DNA from: Acidobacteriota bacterium
GTDB taxonomy: Bacteria > Acidobacteriota > Thermoanaerobaculia > Multivoradales > UBA5704
Length of the DNA: 19,299 bases
Direction of reading: 5' to 3'
Assembly (NCBI GenBank): GCA_040005235.1
Contig: JBDTZG010000083.1
Location: 1-19,299, forward strand
Shown here: positions 7,431-15,830 of the stretch, one piece after another
Numbering within the stretch: the first letter of the stretch is position 1
How the letters are laid out: the number at the start of each line of letters is the position of its first letter
Notes under the pieces: model-generated
The model's database searches: none
The model's input: the letters and a program-made list of their open reading frames with translations, nothing else
Told to the model about the DNA's origin: nothing
Position numbers and translations under genes: made by a program

Positions 7431-10024
7431 TCGGTATTGACGCGCCGGGCGAGCGGCCTTTGGGCGCCATGCAAATCGGTCCCTACCGCATCCTCTCGCG
7501 GCTCGGGGCCGGCGGCATGGGGGAAGTCTTCCTGGCGCTCGACGAGCGGCTCGACCGCCGGGTGGCGTTGAAGCGGATCCGGCCCACCGGCGAGCCCACC
7601 CCCGATCGCCGCGAGCGGTTCCGCCGCGAGGCGCGGCTCGCCGCCCGGTTGAATCACCCGGCGATCGTCCAGATCTACGACGTCTTGTCCGACGGCGACG
7701 CCGAGGTCCTGGTGTTCGAATACGTCGAAGGGACGACTCTCCGGCGGCTGGTCGATCTGGCGCCGCTCTCCCCGGGGCGCGCGGCGGCGCTGGGGCGCGA
7801 CATCGCCGAAGGGCTCGCCGAGGCGCATCGCCAGGGCATCGTCCATCGTGATTTGAAGAGCGAGAACGTGCTGGTGACCGCCGCGGGGCGCGCGAAGGTG
7901 GCCGACTTCGGCGTGGCCAAAGGGCAACTCGAAGGCGACGATCTCACCGCCACCGGCATGGTGGTCGGAACCACCCGCGCAATGTCGCCCGAACAGGCGC
8001 GCGGCGAGCCGGCCGATTTCCGCTCCGATCTGTTCTCGCTCGGCGTCCTGCTGTACGAGGCCCTCGGCGGTCGTTCGCCGTTTGCCGGCGCCAACCAGCT
8101 CTCGACGCTTCAGCGGGTCTTGAACGACGATCCCGCGCCGCTCCTCCTCGCAGTGCCTGCCGTGCCGCAGAATTTCTCCGATCTGGTCCATCGGCTGCTC
8201 GCCAAGGAGCCCCACCTGCGTCCGCGCAACGCCTCCGAGGTGGCGGCCGCGCTCGCCACCTGGGCCGATGCGACCGCCGGCAACGAGCAGCCGACCTGGA
8301 TCGATTTACCGCCGAGCCTCTCGGTTCCGGTGCAAGCGGCGGTGTCGGCCGCCCCCTCGCGGCCCTTCCTACCTCGCCGGCTGGTCGCGGGGCTCGCCGG
8401 TCTGTTGGCGCTGGGCGGCGCGACGGCGATCTACCTTGCGATCCGAGCCCCACGTCCGCCGCTGGAGGTTGCGGTGCTGGCACCTGAGATCGGGCCGACC
8501 GGCGCCGGCCGCGCGGAGGTCGACCTACTCGCCGCGGCGGTGCGCGACGCGGCTTTGCGCCAGGTGGGCGACCTGGAGGGGGTGGCACCCAAGGCTCCCG
8601 AGGAGGTCGATGCGGTGCATGGCCCGGCGAGCACCGTGGCGCGGGCGGTGGCGGCCGGCGAGCTGATCGCCTCGCGCCTCGATTGCCGCGCCACGACCTG
8701 CCGGCTGACGCTGCGCCGGATCCGAGGCTCGGACGGCGCGCTCGTCGGTTCGGAAAGCCAGGATCTGCCGATCGAAGATCTGGCGCTGGCCAGCCACGCC
8801 GTCTCAAGCCAGGTGGCGCGCGTCTTTTCCGATCGCCCGCCGCGCCGGGGCAGCCCCGAGCTTGGCGCTTCGAGCGCGGATCTCGCCGAGCTGCTGCGCC
8901 TGCGCCGCGAGCTCGATGCGCCGACCGGCCCAGGAATCGATGCCCTGCTTCGGAGCGCCGCGGCCCTGCGCGAACGGGCGCCGCGCTTCGTCGACGTGTT
9001 CCTCCTCGAAGCCGACGCCGAGCGCCTGGCGTTCGTGCGGTCCCGCCAGGTCGGCCATCTCGAAGCAGCGTACTCCCGGCTCAAAGAGGCGAAAAAGTTG
9101 GCTCCCGAAAGCCCAGAGCCCTATCGCTTCGAAGTTCTCGTCGCACTGGCCGGCGGCGATCCGGCTCGCGCGGCGCGCGCTCTCGAAGGTTTTTCCGCCA
9201 AGAACCCGGGCGATCCGCGCGCGCTGGAGTTGGGTGCCCTGCTGGCGAATGCACAGGGGCATCCGCGCGAGGCGCTCGAAAAACTGCGAGCCGCCGTGCG
9301 CGACTATCCCTCCCGGCGCCGGCTGCGCAATCTCGCGACACTCGAAGTCCAGCAGGGGGAGATCGCCGAAGCGCGCGCGCATCTGAGCCAACTGCTGCGC
9401 GAAGCGCCCGACGATGCGCAGGGCCTCTCTTCTCTTGCCGGCCTGGAGCTGGGCAGCGGCGATCCGGCAAAAGCCGAGGCGCTCTACGCGCGGATGGTGC
9501 GCGCCTCTCCCCGCCTGGTGCCGCTCACGAACTTGGGGTTAGCCCGAATGCTGCTCGGCCGTCACGCACAGGCGGCGGAGAGCTTCGAGCGCGCGGCCGC
9601 GCTTTCCCCCGCCGATCCGTTGGTCGCATTGAATCTCGCCGATGCCTGGGAGCTGGTCGGACGGCAGAAGGAGGCGGCCGCCAAATACGCCCTGGTGGTC
9701 GCCGCGATCTCCGCCGACACCACGGCCACCGATCCGCAGTACCGCTCCACCCTGGCTCAGGCGCTCGCGCACCTCGGCCGCGGGCCGGAGGCGGTTGAGG
9801 CGATTCAAGAAGCCCTCCGCCTGGCGCCGAAAAACGCCCAGGTGGCCTACGAGGCGGCGCTCGTCTATGCCCTCCTGGGCGAAGAGTCCTCGGCCCTCAC
9901 CAACGCCCGTCGCGCCTTGGCACTCGGTTGCGAGCCGCGCTGGTTCGGATTCCCCTGGTTCTCCACTCTGCGCGCCCGCCCCGACTTTCGCGCTCTGCTA
10001 GCACGCGGAGCGGGCGCCTCCTGA
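7427..10024 (+). CDS. Hanks-type Ser/Thr protein kinase with one TM helix and a C-terminal TPR-like region
   Basis: LGAGGMGEV, VALK, HRDLKSENV, DFG, MSPEQ and SDLFSLG motifs; hydrophobic helix at about 8381-8443; Ala/Leu-rich helical repeats afterwards. The GTG start overlaps the upstream stop (GTGA) and has an AAGGAGG RBS. Confidence 0.95.
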   Translation: MIGIDAPGERPLGAMQIGPYRILSRLGAGGMGEVFLALDERLDRRVALKRIRPTGEPTPDRRERFRREARLAARLNHPAIVQIYDVLSDGDAEVLVFEYVEGTTLRRLVDLAPLSPGRAAALGRDIAEGLAEAHRQGIVHRDLKSENVLVTAAGRAKVADFGVAKGQLEGDDLTATGMVVGTTRAMSPEQARGEPADFRSDLFSLGVLLYEALGGRSPFAGANQLSTLQRVLNDDPAPLLLAVPAVPQNFSDLVHRLLAKEPHLRPRNASEVAAALATWADATAGNEQPTWIDLPPSLSVPVQAAVSAAPSRPFLPRRLVAGLAGLLALGGATAIYLAIRAPRPPLEVAVLAPEIGPTGAGRAEVDLLAAAVRDAALRQVGDLEGVAPKAPEEVDAVHGPASTVARAVAAGELIASRLDCRATTCRLTLRRIRGSDGALVGSESQDLPIEDLALASHAVSSQVARVFSDRPPRRGSPELGASSADLAELLRLRRELDAPTGPGIDALLRSAAALRERAPRFVDVFLLEADAERLAFVRSRQVGHLEAAYSRLKEAKKLAPESPEPYRFEVLVALAGGDPARAARALEGFSAKNPGDPRALELGALLANAQGHPREALEKLRAAVRDYPSRRRLRNLATLEVQQGEIAEARAHLSQLLREAPDDAQGLSSLAGLELGSGDPAKAEALYARMVRASPRLVPLTNLGLARMLLGRHAQAAESFERAAALSPADPLVALNLADAWELVGRQKEAAAKYALVVAAISADTTATDPQYRSTLAQALAHLGRGPEAVEAIQEALRLAPKNAQVAYEAALVYALLGEESSALTNARRALALGCEPRWFGFPWFSTLRARPDFRALLARGAGAS

Positions 10025-10034
10025 TCTCGATCGC

Positions 10035-10829
10035 CTATTTGACCCCGCCCGGAGGCTCGACCAGGATCGTCGGCTCGTTGTTGACCCCCGGGTCCGGGAA
10101 GGCCATGTTGATCTTGAGCAGTACCTGTTCGTGCGGCTGGCCTTTCGAGACCCGCAAAGTGAGGATCGCGAGATGGCCGGTCTGCGTGAGCTCGATGTAC
10201 TCGGGCTGGCCGTTCGGAAACTCGATCGCGGGAATGCCCAGCTCGAAATCCGTGCCGTAGACCAGGTAGTAGAGGCCTTCGTTGGACACCCGGGCCGAGA
10301 GGATGTCGGGGAGCCATTCGAGGTAGGGCGTGTCGCGCACCTGCTCCTTGTAAACCAACTGCTTGTCCGGCTCGAGCGCGGCGCTGACGAGCAGGGTTCC
10401 GGTGCCCAGTCGATCGAAGTCGACGATTTGGCCCCCCGGCGGCTCGACCAGGATGGTCGGATCGATGACGTCGGTCGTACTGTCCTGATGGATCAGAAAA
10501 CTTGCAGTTTGAGCGCCACCGGTCAGAGCCGTGGTCACCTCGACCGTAAAGCTCGAACCGTTGGGGACCTCGTTCACCGTATAGCCCGTGGGCGGCGTGG
10601 GGTCGGCCGCGGGACTCTCCCCCCAGGTGATCCCGGGATCTTTGATCTCGAATCCGTCCATCGTGTAGGACAACAAGAAGGTGCCGAGCTCGTTGATCGT
10701 CGCTTGGCGCGGAGCATCGTCGAACGTGATGCCGCTCCCCGTAGGAGCGCTGCTCGTGAACTTGAATTTCCCTCCCGCTGTCTTGCTGATCTGAATCGCC
10801 ACACTACCGGTCGGAGTCGTCTCGGGCAT
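10035..10829 (-). CDS. hypothetical protein with two tandem homologous ~130-aa beta-rich domains (DP-EP/DUF1888-like, tentative)
   Basis: AAGGAGG RBS. The halves end in IDPTILVEPPGG (D123-P124) and NEPTILVEPPGG (E252-P253). No signal peptide. The family assignment is inference. Confidence 0.8.
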   Translation of the reverse strand: MPETTPTGSVAIQISKTAGGKFKFTSSAPTGSGITFDDAPRQATINELGTFLLSYTMDGFEIKDPGITWGESPAADPTPPTGYTVNEVPNGSSFTVEVTTALTGGAQTASFLIHQDSTTDVIDPTILVEPPGGQIVDFDRLGTGTLLVSAALEPDKQLVYKEQVRDTPYLEWLPDILSARVSNEGLYYLVYGTDFELGIPAIEFPNGQPEYIELTQTGHLAILTLRVSKGQPHEQVLLKINMAFPDPGVNNEPTILVEPPGGVK

Positions 10830-10886
10830 GATCCATCCCTCCTTGCACCTGCGTTTTCTGGGTCCAACCGCCTGGGGGGCTGACGC

Positions 10887-11273
10887 TCAGCCTCGCGGCG
10901 GATCGACTAGAATCGTCGGGTCGCTGATCGCTCCATCGGCGCGATGAACCAGGAACTCGACCGTCTGAGGATAGGCGATCCCCTCGTACGGCACGTCGAT
11001 CGTCACCGTGAAGGACGCGCCGCGCTGTTCCCAGGTCACATTCGTCGGCTGGCCTTTGGGAAAACCGATCGCGGGGACCGAAAGCTTGAAATCGGTCATA
11101 AAGTTGAGGTTGAACGACCCGTAGTCCAGGATCGTACCCGAACGCGAAGCGTCGTCGAACGTGATGTCTGGCGATTCGTACTTCGTCTCATAGATGAAGC
11201 GGCCCATCGCATCGGTATCGATCTGGACGTCCAGGATTCCGGTCAGAGTTTCTACCATCAGGGGCATGGCCAT
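10887..11273 (-). CDS. hypothetical single-domain paralog of the 264-aa protein (DP-EP/DUF1888-like, tentative)
   Basis: AGGAG RBS; ends in SDPTILVDPPRG (D118-P119). Shares ITFDDA and G.SFTV with domain 1 of its neighbour, and TDF.L..PAI.FP.GQP with domain 2. Confidence 0.8.
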   Translation of the reverse strand: MAMPLMVETLTGILDVQIDTDAMGRFIYETKYESPDITFDDASRSGTILDYGSFNLNFMTDFKLSVPAIGFPKGQPTNVTWEQRGASFTVTIDVPYEGIAYPQTVEFLVHRADGAISDPTILVDPPRG

Positions 11274-11383
11274 GGCATTCTCCTGGGGCGCAGCGCCGAT
11301 AGCCGGTTCGGTTTCGAGCCTAATGCGACGAAACTTGAAGGTGTGCTGGCGCTGCTAACGGTTCGGGTTCAACCTCGGGAAGG

Positions 11384-11399
11384 GCAAGGGGCATGCCAA
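11384..11399 (-). promoter_or_regulatory. sigma54 (-24/-12) promoter
   Basis: Minus strand TTGGCATGCCCCTTGC versus consensus YTGGCACGNNNNTTGC; exact GG-N10-GC spacing; oriented toward the 128-aa gene, about 110 nt upstream of its ATG. Confidence 0.8.
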
Positions 11400-11431
11400 T
11401 CCCTTTGCCCTAGGTCGGTGCCTGGCCTTAC

Positions 11432-11493
11432 CGTCGGCAGCACGTCGGAACCGCGTCGGCGACGCGTCGGCTTCGTCATTACCGACGCGTCGG
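11432..11493. repeat. phased CGTCGG repeat array with palindromes (putative upstream activator sequence)
   Basis: CGTCGG at 11432, 11443, 11454 and 11465 (exact 11-bp period) and at 11488. Palindromes CGACGCGTCG (11460-11469) and CCGACGCGTCGG (11482-11493). Confidence 0.7.
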
Positions 11494-11501
11494 AAGTATT
11501 T

Positions 11502-12968
11502 TTAGAACTTCGGCAGCGACCCCAACAGATACTTCAAGTTGTCGTCGCGCCACTTGACGCCTGCGCCAAGGAAGACGGATTGGTTTTCGAGCGGATCGTC
11601 GAGGCCGCCGACCAGATAGACGTTGGGGTGCAGCTGCCAGCGGCCGGTGAGCCGAAGGTGGGGGTTCTCGTCGTTCTGGCGATTGAAATCGAATGCATCG
11701 AAGGAGAGCAGGAACTTGTCTTTGTCAAACGGCAGCTCGACCGACGCGCCGCCGGTGTTTTCGATCAGGCCGGCCCAAATACGTAGGTTGCTCGGCGCCT
11801 TGTAGCCGAACAGGGCGGAGGCCACCCGGGTGTCCTCGCGAGTGAGGGTCTCGACCGTTTTTACTTCGCGCGTGCCGTCGGGAAAGGTCGTCGTGAAAGT
11901 CTGCGACTTCGTGCGCAACTTGCCGCCGGGGGTATTCGAAAGCGCCGCCCGATAGAGCTTGTTGCCCTCACCCGGTTCGATGTCGAGGCGGAACGTCGAT
12001 TGCGACTCCTTCGGGTCGGAGAGGTAATAGCTCTGAAGGTCGAGATCGAGCTTGAACTTCTGGAGCGCGCCGAGCGAGCCGCTGATCGATTTGACTCCCC
12101 CTTCGATCGAGTCGAGGGTGGAGACCAATTTGTCGTGCGCGGTCTCATCGTTGATCAGCTTGCCGATCGTCCCCTGGCCGGAGGCGATCTTGTCGGTGAT
12201 CTTGTTCAGGTTGTCGACCGAGACCTGAATGTCGCCGGTCACTTTGCGCGCGTTCTCCATCGTCCCGGACAGGTTGCCGCGGTTCTCGGCCAGGATCGCG
12301 GAGATCTGCTTCGCCGTCTCTTCGAGCTGGCCCGAGAGGCGCGGCAGCTCGGACGCGAGGTTTGCGCCCACCTGCTCGAAATTGCCGATCGTCCGGCCGA
12401 GCTGCACCCGGTTCTCGGCCACCAGCAGGCGGATCTCGTCGCTCGTCTGCGCCAGGCTGGTCATCAGCTGGCCCAAGCTCACGCCCCCGGTCTCCCCCGC
12501 GAGCGCGCCGGAAAGAGAGCCCGTGATGCCCTGGATCGAATCGCCGATCGCCTGGATCTTCGCCATCGCCTGGTCGAAGCTGATCGGCGTGGTGCCGTGG
12601 AGGACGGCCTTGTCGGGCAGCGGCGGCGCGCCGGCGGGTCCGGGAATCAGCTCGACGTATTTTTCTCCCAACAGGCCGAGGTTCGCGATCGTGGCGGTCG
12701 TCCCTTCGGTGAGACCCAGCGGCCTTTCGAGCACCATGTGCACTTTTGCCTGGCGACCTTCGAGGCCGATGCCCTCGACCCGGCCGACGCGGACGCCGGC
12801 AACGCGCACGGCCGCCTTGTCGTCGAGACCGGCGACCGAATCGAAGACCGCGGAGACCTCTTTGCCTTTCGCCCCCCAGGGACTCCAATCCTCGATTTTC
12901 CAGACCAAAAACCCAAGAATCGCGAGACAGATCGCGGTGAACAGCCCGACGCGGATGACGTTGCCCAT
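11502..12968 (-). CDS. mlaD: MCE/MlaD family protein with a long helical region and a C-terminal beta-strand-rich domain
   Basis: N-terminal TM helix (RVGLF...); MCE motifs F..VAGL...A.VRVAGVRVG.V and GLLGEKYVEL.PG; G.GTIGKLIND; follows mlaE and mlaF. Confidence 0.9.
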   Translation of the reverse strand: MGNVIRVGLFTAICLAILGFLVWKIEDWSPWGAKGKEVSAVFDSVAGLDDKAAVRVAGVRVGRVEGIGLEGRQAKVHMVLERPLGLTEGTTATIANLGLLGEKYVELIPGPAGAPPLPDKAVLHGTTPISFDQAMAKIQAIGDSIQGITGSLSGALAGETGGVSLGQLMTSLAQTSDEIRLLVAENRVQLGRTIGNFEQVGANLASELPRLSGQLEETAKQISAILAENRGNLSGTMENARKVTGDIQVSVDNLNKITDKIASGQGTIGKLINDETAHDKLVSTLDSIEGGVKSISGSLGALQKFKLDLDLQSYYLSDPKESQSTFRLDIEPGEGNKLYRAALSNTPGGKLRTKSQTFTTTFPDGTREVKTVETLTREDTRVASALFGYKAPSNLRIWAGLIENTGGASVELPFDKDKFLLSFDAFDFNRQNDENPHLRLTGRWQLHPNVYLVGGLDDPLENQSVFLGAGVKWRDDNLKYLLGSLPKF

Positions 12969-12977
12969 CGTCAGCTC

Positions 12978-13805
12978 CTAGTTCTTCGAGAAGGCCGCGC
13001 TCTCAACCGTGAGCGGGCCATCGGCAATACCATGGATGAACTGTTGCACCCGCGGGTCGGCGTGGTGCCGGAATTCCTCGGGCGCCGCTTCGGCGACGAT
13101 CTTGCCCTGATGGATCATCGCGATCCGATCGCCGATCCGGAACGCGCTTTCCATGTCATGGGTGATCGTGATCGTGGTCGAATGCAGGCGGTTGTTGAGG
13201 TCGATGATCACTTCATCGATCAACGCGGTGGTCACCGGGTCGAGCCCGGTCGTCGGCTCGTCGAACAGCAGAATCTCGGGTTCGACCGCGATCGCGCGGG
13301 CAAAACCGACCCGCCGCCGCATGCCGCCCGAAAGCTGGGAGGGAACCTTATCGGCCACCCCCGAAAGGCGCACCAGCTCGAGGCACTCCTCCACCCGGGT
13401 CCGCCGCTCGGCGGCGGTCATCTGGGTCTGGCGGGTGAGCGGAAAACCGACGTTTTCCCCCACCGTCATCGAGTCGAACAAGGCGCCTTCCTGAAACGAC
13501 ATGCCGAAGCGGCGGCGAAATTCGGTCAGCTCGCGATTGGACAGCGTCTCCATCGCTACGCCGTCGATCTCAACCGTTCCGGCATCCGGCTTGAGCAGGC
13601 CGATGATGTGTTTCAAGAGCACACTCTTGCCGGTCCCCGAGCCGCCGATGATCACCAGCGATTCGGCCTTTTGAATGTCGAGGTCGATGCCGTCCAGGAC
13701 CCGCTTCGGCCCGAACGACTTCATCAGACCGCGGATGCGGATCTTCACGGCTTCGCCGCCCGTCGGAGCGGGCGGGCTTTCGTTGGATGGTTTCGGTTCG
13801 GTCAC
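12978..13805 (-). CDS. mlaF: ABC transporter ATPase, MlaF/Mkl family
   Basis: GGSGTGKS, FQEGALFDSMTV.ENV, LSGGMRRR, LLFDEPTTGLDP and D.RV.QF. This is the C-terminal part of the 815-aa track ORF. Start placed at GTG 13805 (alternative 13748). Confidence 0.92.
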   Translation of the reverse strand: MTEPKPSNESPPAPTGGEAVKIRIRGLMKSFGPKRVLDGIDLDIQKAESLVIIGGSGTGKSVLLKHIIGLLKPDAGTVEIDGVAMETLSNRELTEFRRRFGMSFQEGALFDSMTVGENVGFPLTRQTQMTAAERRTRVEECLELVRLSGVADKVPSQLSGGMRRRVGFARAIAVEPEILLFDEPTTGLDPVTTALIDEVIIDLNNRLHSTTITITHDMESAFRIGDRIAMIHQGKIVAEAAPEEFRHHADPRVQQFIHGIADGPLTVESAAFSKN

Positions 13806-13816
13806 TTGCTGCGCCT

Positions 13817-14590
13817 TTAGAACAAGAGCCGGGTAAGAAAGAAGTCCGAGATCAGGATCGCGATGCTCGCGAGCACCACCGCCTTGGTGGTCGAGCGGCC
13901 GACACCCTCGGCGCCGCCGGTGGTGTAGAACCCCTGCTGGCAGCCGATCACCGCAATCAGAAAGCCGAACACCGCCGCCTTGATCAACCCCGAGAATAGG
14001 TCTTTCAAATCCATGAACTGGAAGCTCGCGTGGAGGTAGCTGATCGGGTTCGCCCCCATCAAGGGGACCGAGACGAGGTAGCCGCCGGCGACCCCCAGCG
14101 CATCGGCGAGCACGACGAGCAGCGGCAGGGTGAGCACTGTAGCCCAGACCCGCGGCACCACCAGATAATGGACCGGGTCGGTCGCCATCACTTCGAGCGC
14201 GTCGATCTGCTCGGTGACCCGCATGGTGCCCAGCTCGGCGCCCATCGCCGAGCCGGAGCGCCCGGCGACGATCAAGCTGGAAAGTACGGCGGCCAGCTCG
14301 CGCACCATCGACAGAGCCACCAGCGTGCCGACGTACGATTCGGCGTTGAATCGCCGGAGCACGGTGAACGTCTGGAGCGCCATGACGCCGCCGGTGAACA
14401 GGGCGGTGAGCAGGACGACCGGAATCGAGCCGAGCCCCACCCGCACCATCTGGCGAAACAGCTCGCGCACGTCGTACGGCGGCCGGGGCGTCCAGGCGAA
14501 CAGCCGTCCGACCAATTGGGTGAATCGACCCAGCTCGAGCAGGAAATTCTCGATCGGTCGGGGGAGCGCCGTCTTCATCGCCTCCGCCAC
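13817..14590 (-). CDS. mlaE: ABC transporter permease, MlaE family
   Basis: VREL, AGRSGSAMGAELGTMRVTEQIDALEVM..DP..YLVVPR and GGAEGVG..TT.AVV motifs. Confidence 0.95.
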   Translation of the reverse strand: MAEAMKTALPRPIENFLLELGRFTQLVGRLFAWTPRPPYDVRELFRQMVRVGLGSIPVVLLTALFTGGVMALQTFTVLRRFNAESYVGTLVALSMVRELAAVLSSLIVAGRSGSAMGAELGTMRVTEQIDALEVMATDPVHYLVVPRVWATVLTLPLLVVLADALGVAGGYLVSVPLMGANPISYLHASFQFMDLKDLFSGLIKAAVFGFLIAVIGCQQGFYTTGGAEGVGRSTTKAVVLASIAILISDFFLTRLLF

Positions 14591-14593
14591 TCT

Positions 14594-15826
14594 CTAATCC
14601 TCCCTCGAAAAACGCGAGACGATGTGGTCGAGCCGACCGCCCCGAAGATAACGCCGCGGCAGCCGGAGGCCGAGATGGCAGAGGATCTCCCAAGAGATCG
14701 TCCCCGCCTGGCGCGCGAGATCGACCGCGGTGATCTCTTCTGCACCCTGCCGGCCGAGCAGGACGGCCTGGTCGCCCAACGCGGCGTCGGTGTCCGTAAT
14801 GTCGAGCAGCGTCATGTCCATCGTCACCGAGCCCGCGACCGGTACGCGCCGTCCGGCGACCAGTGCCTCGGCCTTGCCGGTCAGGCGCCAGGCGTAGCCG
14901 TCCGCATACCCCACGGGAACCACCGCGATCCGGCTCGGCCGCTCGGTCACCGTGCGCCCGCCGTAGGAGAGCTGGGTGCCGGCCGGCACCTCGCGCACTT
15001 GGACGATCCGGGCGACCAGCGACATCACCGGGGCAAGGCCGGTCGCCTCCGCGGTCGTCGCCGGGGCCACCGGATCGATGCCGTAGAGGCCGATCCCCAT
15101 CCGCACCAGAGTGTTCCGCGACGACGGCCGATGGAGCGCCGCGGCGGAGTTCGCCATGTGGATCTCGATCGATTCCCTTTCCTGCGCGGTCAACTGGCCG
15201 AGCACGTCCTCGAAGCGCTTTTCCTGCCGGTCGTTCTTCGCGTTGCTCAAGTCGTCGGCGTTCGCGAAATGCGACAGCAGGCCGGTCATCCGGAGCTGTG
15301 GCGAGGAGCGCAGGATCTCCAGCGCGCGCGGCACCTCGGCGAGCGGCACGCCGAGCCGGCCCATGCCCGTATCGACCTTCAAGTGCAGGGCCTGCGGCGC
15401 GCCAGGGGTGCTCCCCGTGCTCCAATCCCGCCAGAGCGCCAGCTCCGCGAGACTCGACACCGCGGGCGTGAGCTCATAGCGGCGATAGAGCGCGAGCCAT
15501 TCCGGTCTCGCCGTGCCGAGCACCAGGATCGGCAGATCGACGCCCGAGCGGCGGATCTCTGCCCCCTCTTCAAGCAGCGCCACGCCGAGCCAATCGACCC
15601 CGGCCGCTTCGAGCGCCCGAGACACGCCCGTCGCACCATGGCCGTAGGCATCCGCCTTGACCACCGCGAGGATGCGCGCCGAGCCCATCCGGGCACGCAA
15701 GGCGGCGAGGTTCCGATCGAGGACGTCGAGATCGACGTCCACCCAGGCCGGGCGCAACGCCGAGGCGAGCAGCTTCGCCTCGCTCGCCCGCTCCGTCAAA
15801 GGATCGGCGGCGGGGGCGTAGGCCAT
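14594..15826 (-). CDS. alr: alanine racemase
   Basis: PLP-lysine motif AVVKADAYGHG, HLKVDTGM.RLG, SYG, VGYADG and MDM. ATG 15826, just after the dnaB stop, is preferred over 15859. Confidence 0.96.
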   Translation of the reverse strand: MAYAPAADPLTERASEAKLLASALRPAWVDVDLDVLDRNLAALRARMGSARILAVVKADAYGHGATGVSRALEAAGVDWLGVALLEEGAEIRRSGVDLPILVLGTARPEWLALYRRYELTPAVSSLAELALWRDWSTGSTPGAPQALHLKVDTGMGRLGVPLAEVPRALEILRSSPQLRMTGLLSHFANADDLSNAKNDRQEKRFEDVLGQLTAQERESIEIHMANSAAALHRPSSRNTLVRMGIGLYGIDPVAPATTAEATGLAPVMSLVARIVQVREVPAGTQLSYGGRTVTERPSRIAVVPVGYADGYAWRLTGKAEALVAGRRVPVAGSVTMDMTLLDITDTDAALGDQAVLLGRQGAEEITAVDLARQAGTISWEILCHLGLRLPRRYLRGGRLDHIVSRFSRED

Positions 15827-15830
15827 CGGC

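Noticed and set aside
7964-7996. Atypical kinase P+1 loop (GTTRAMSPEQ) as a sign of a pseudokinase
   Set aside because: The Gly loop, VALK lysine, HRD and DFG are all intact, so the kinase is probably active.
11432-11493. Repeat array as a CRISPR or iteron/origin
   Set aside because: The units are 6 bp with 5-bp spacers, with no cas or rep gene and no extended AT-rich unwinding region.
12978-15425. 815-aa ORF suggesting a long N-terminal fusion to MlaF
   Set aside because: The first ~540 aa are Arg/Gly/Ala-rich off-frame translation overlapping the real mlaE and alr. Only the last ~275 aa carry ABC motifs.
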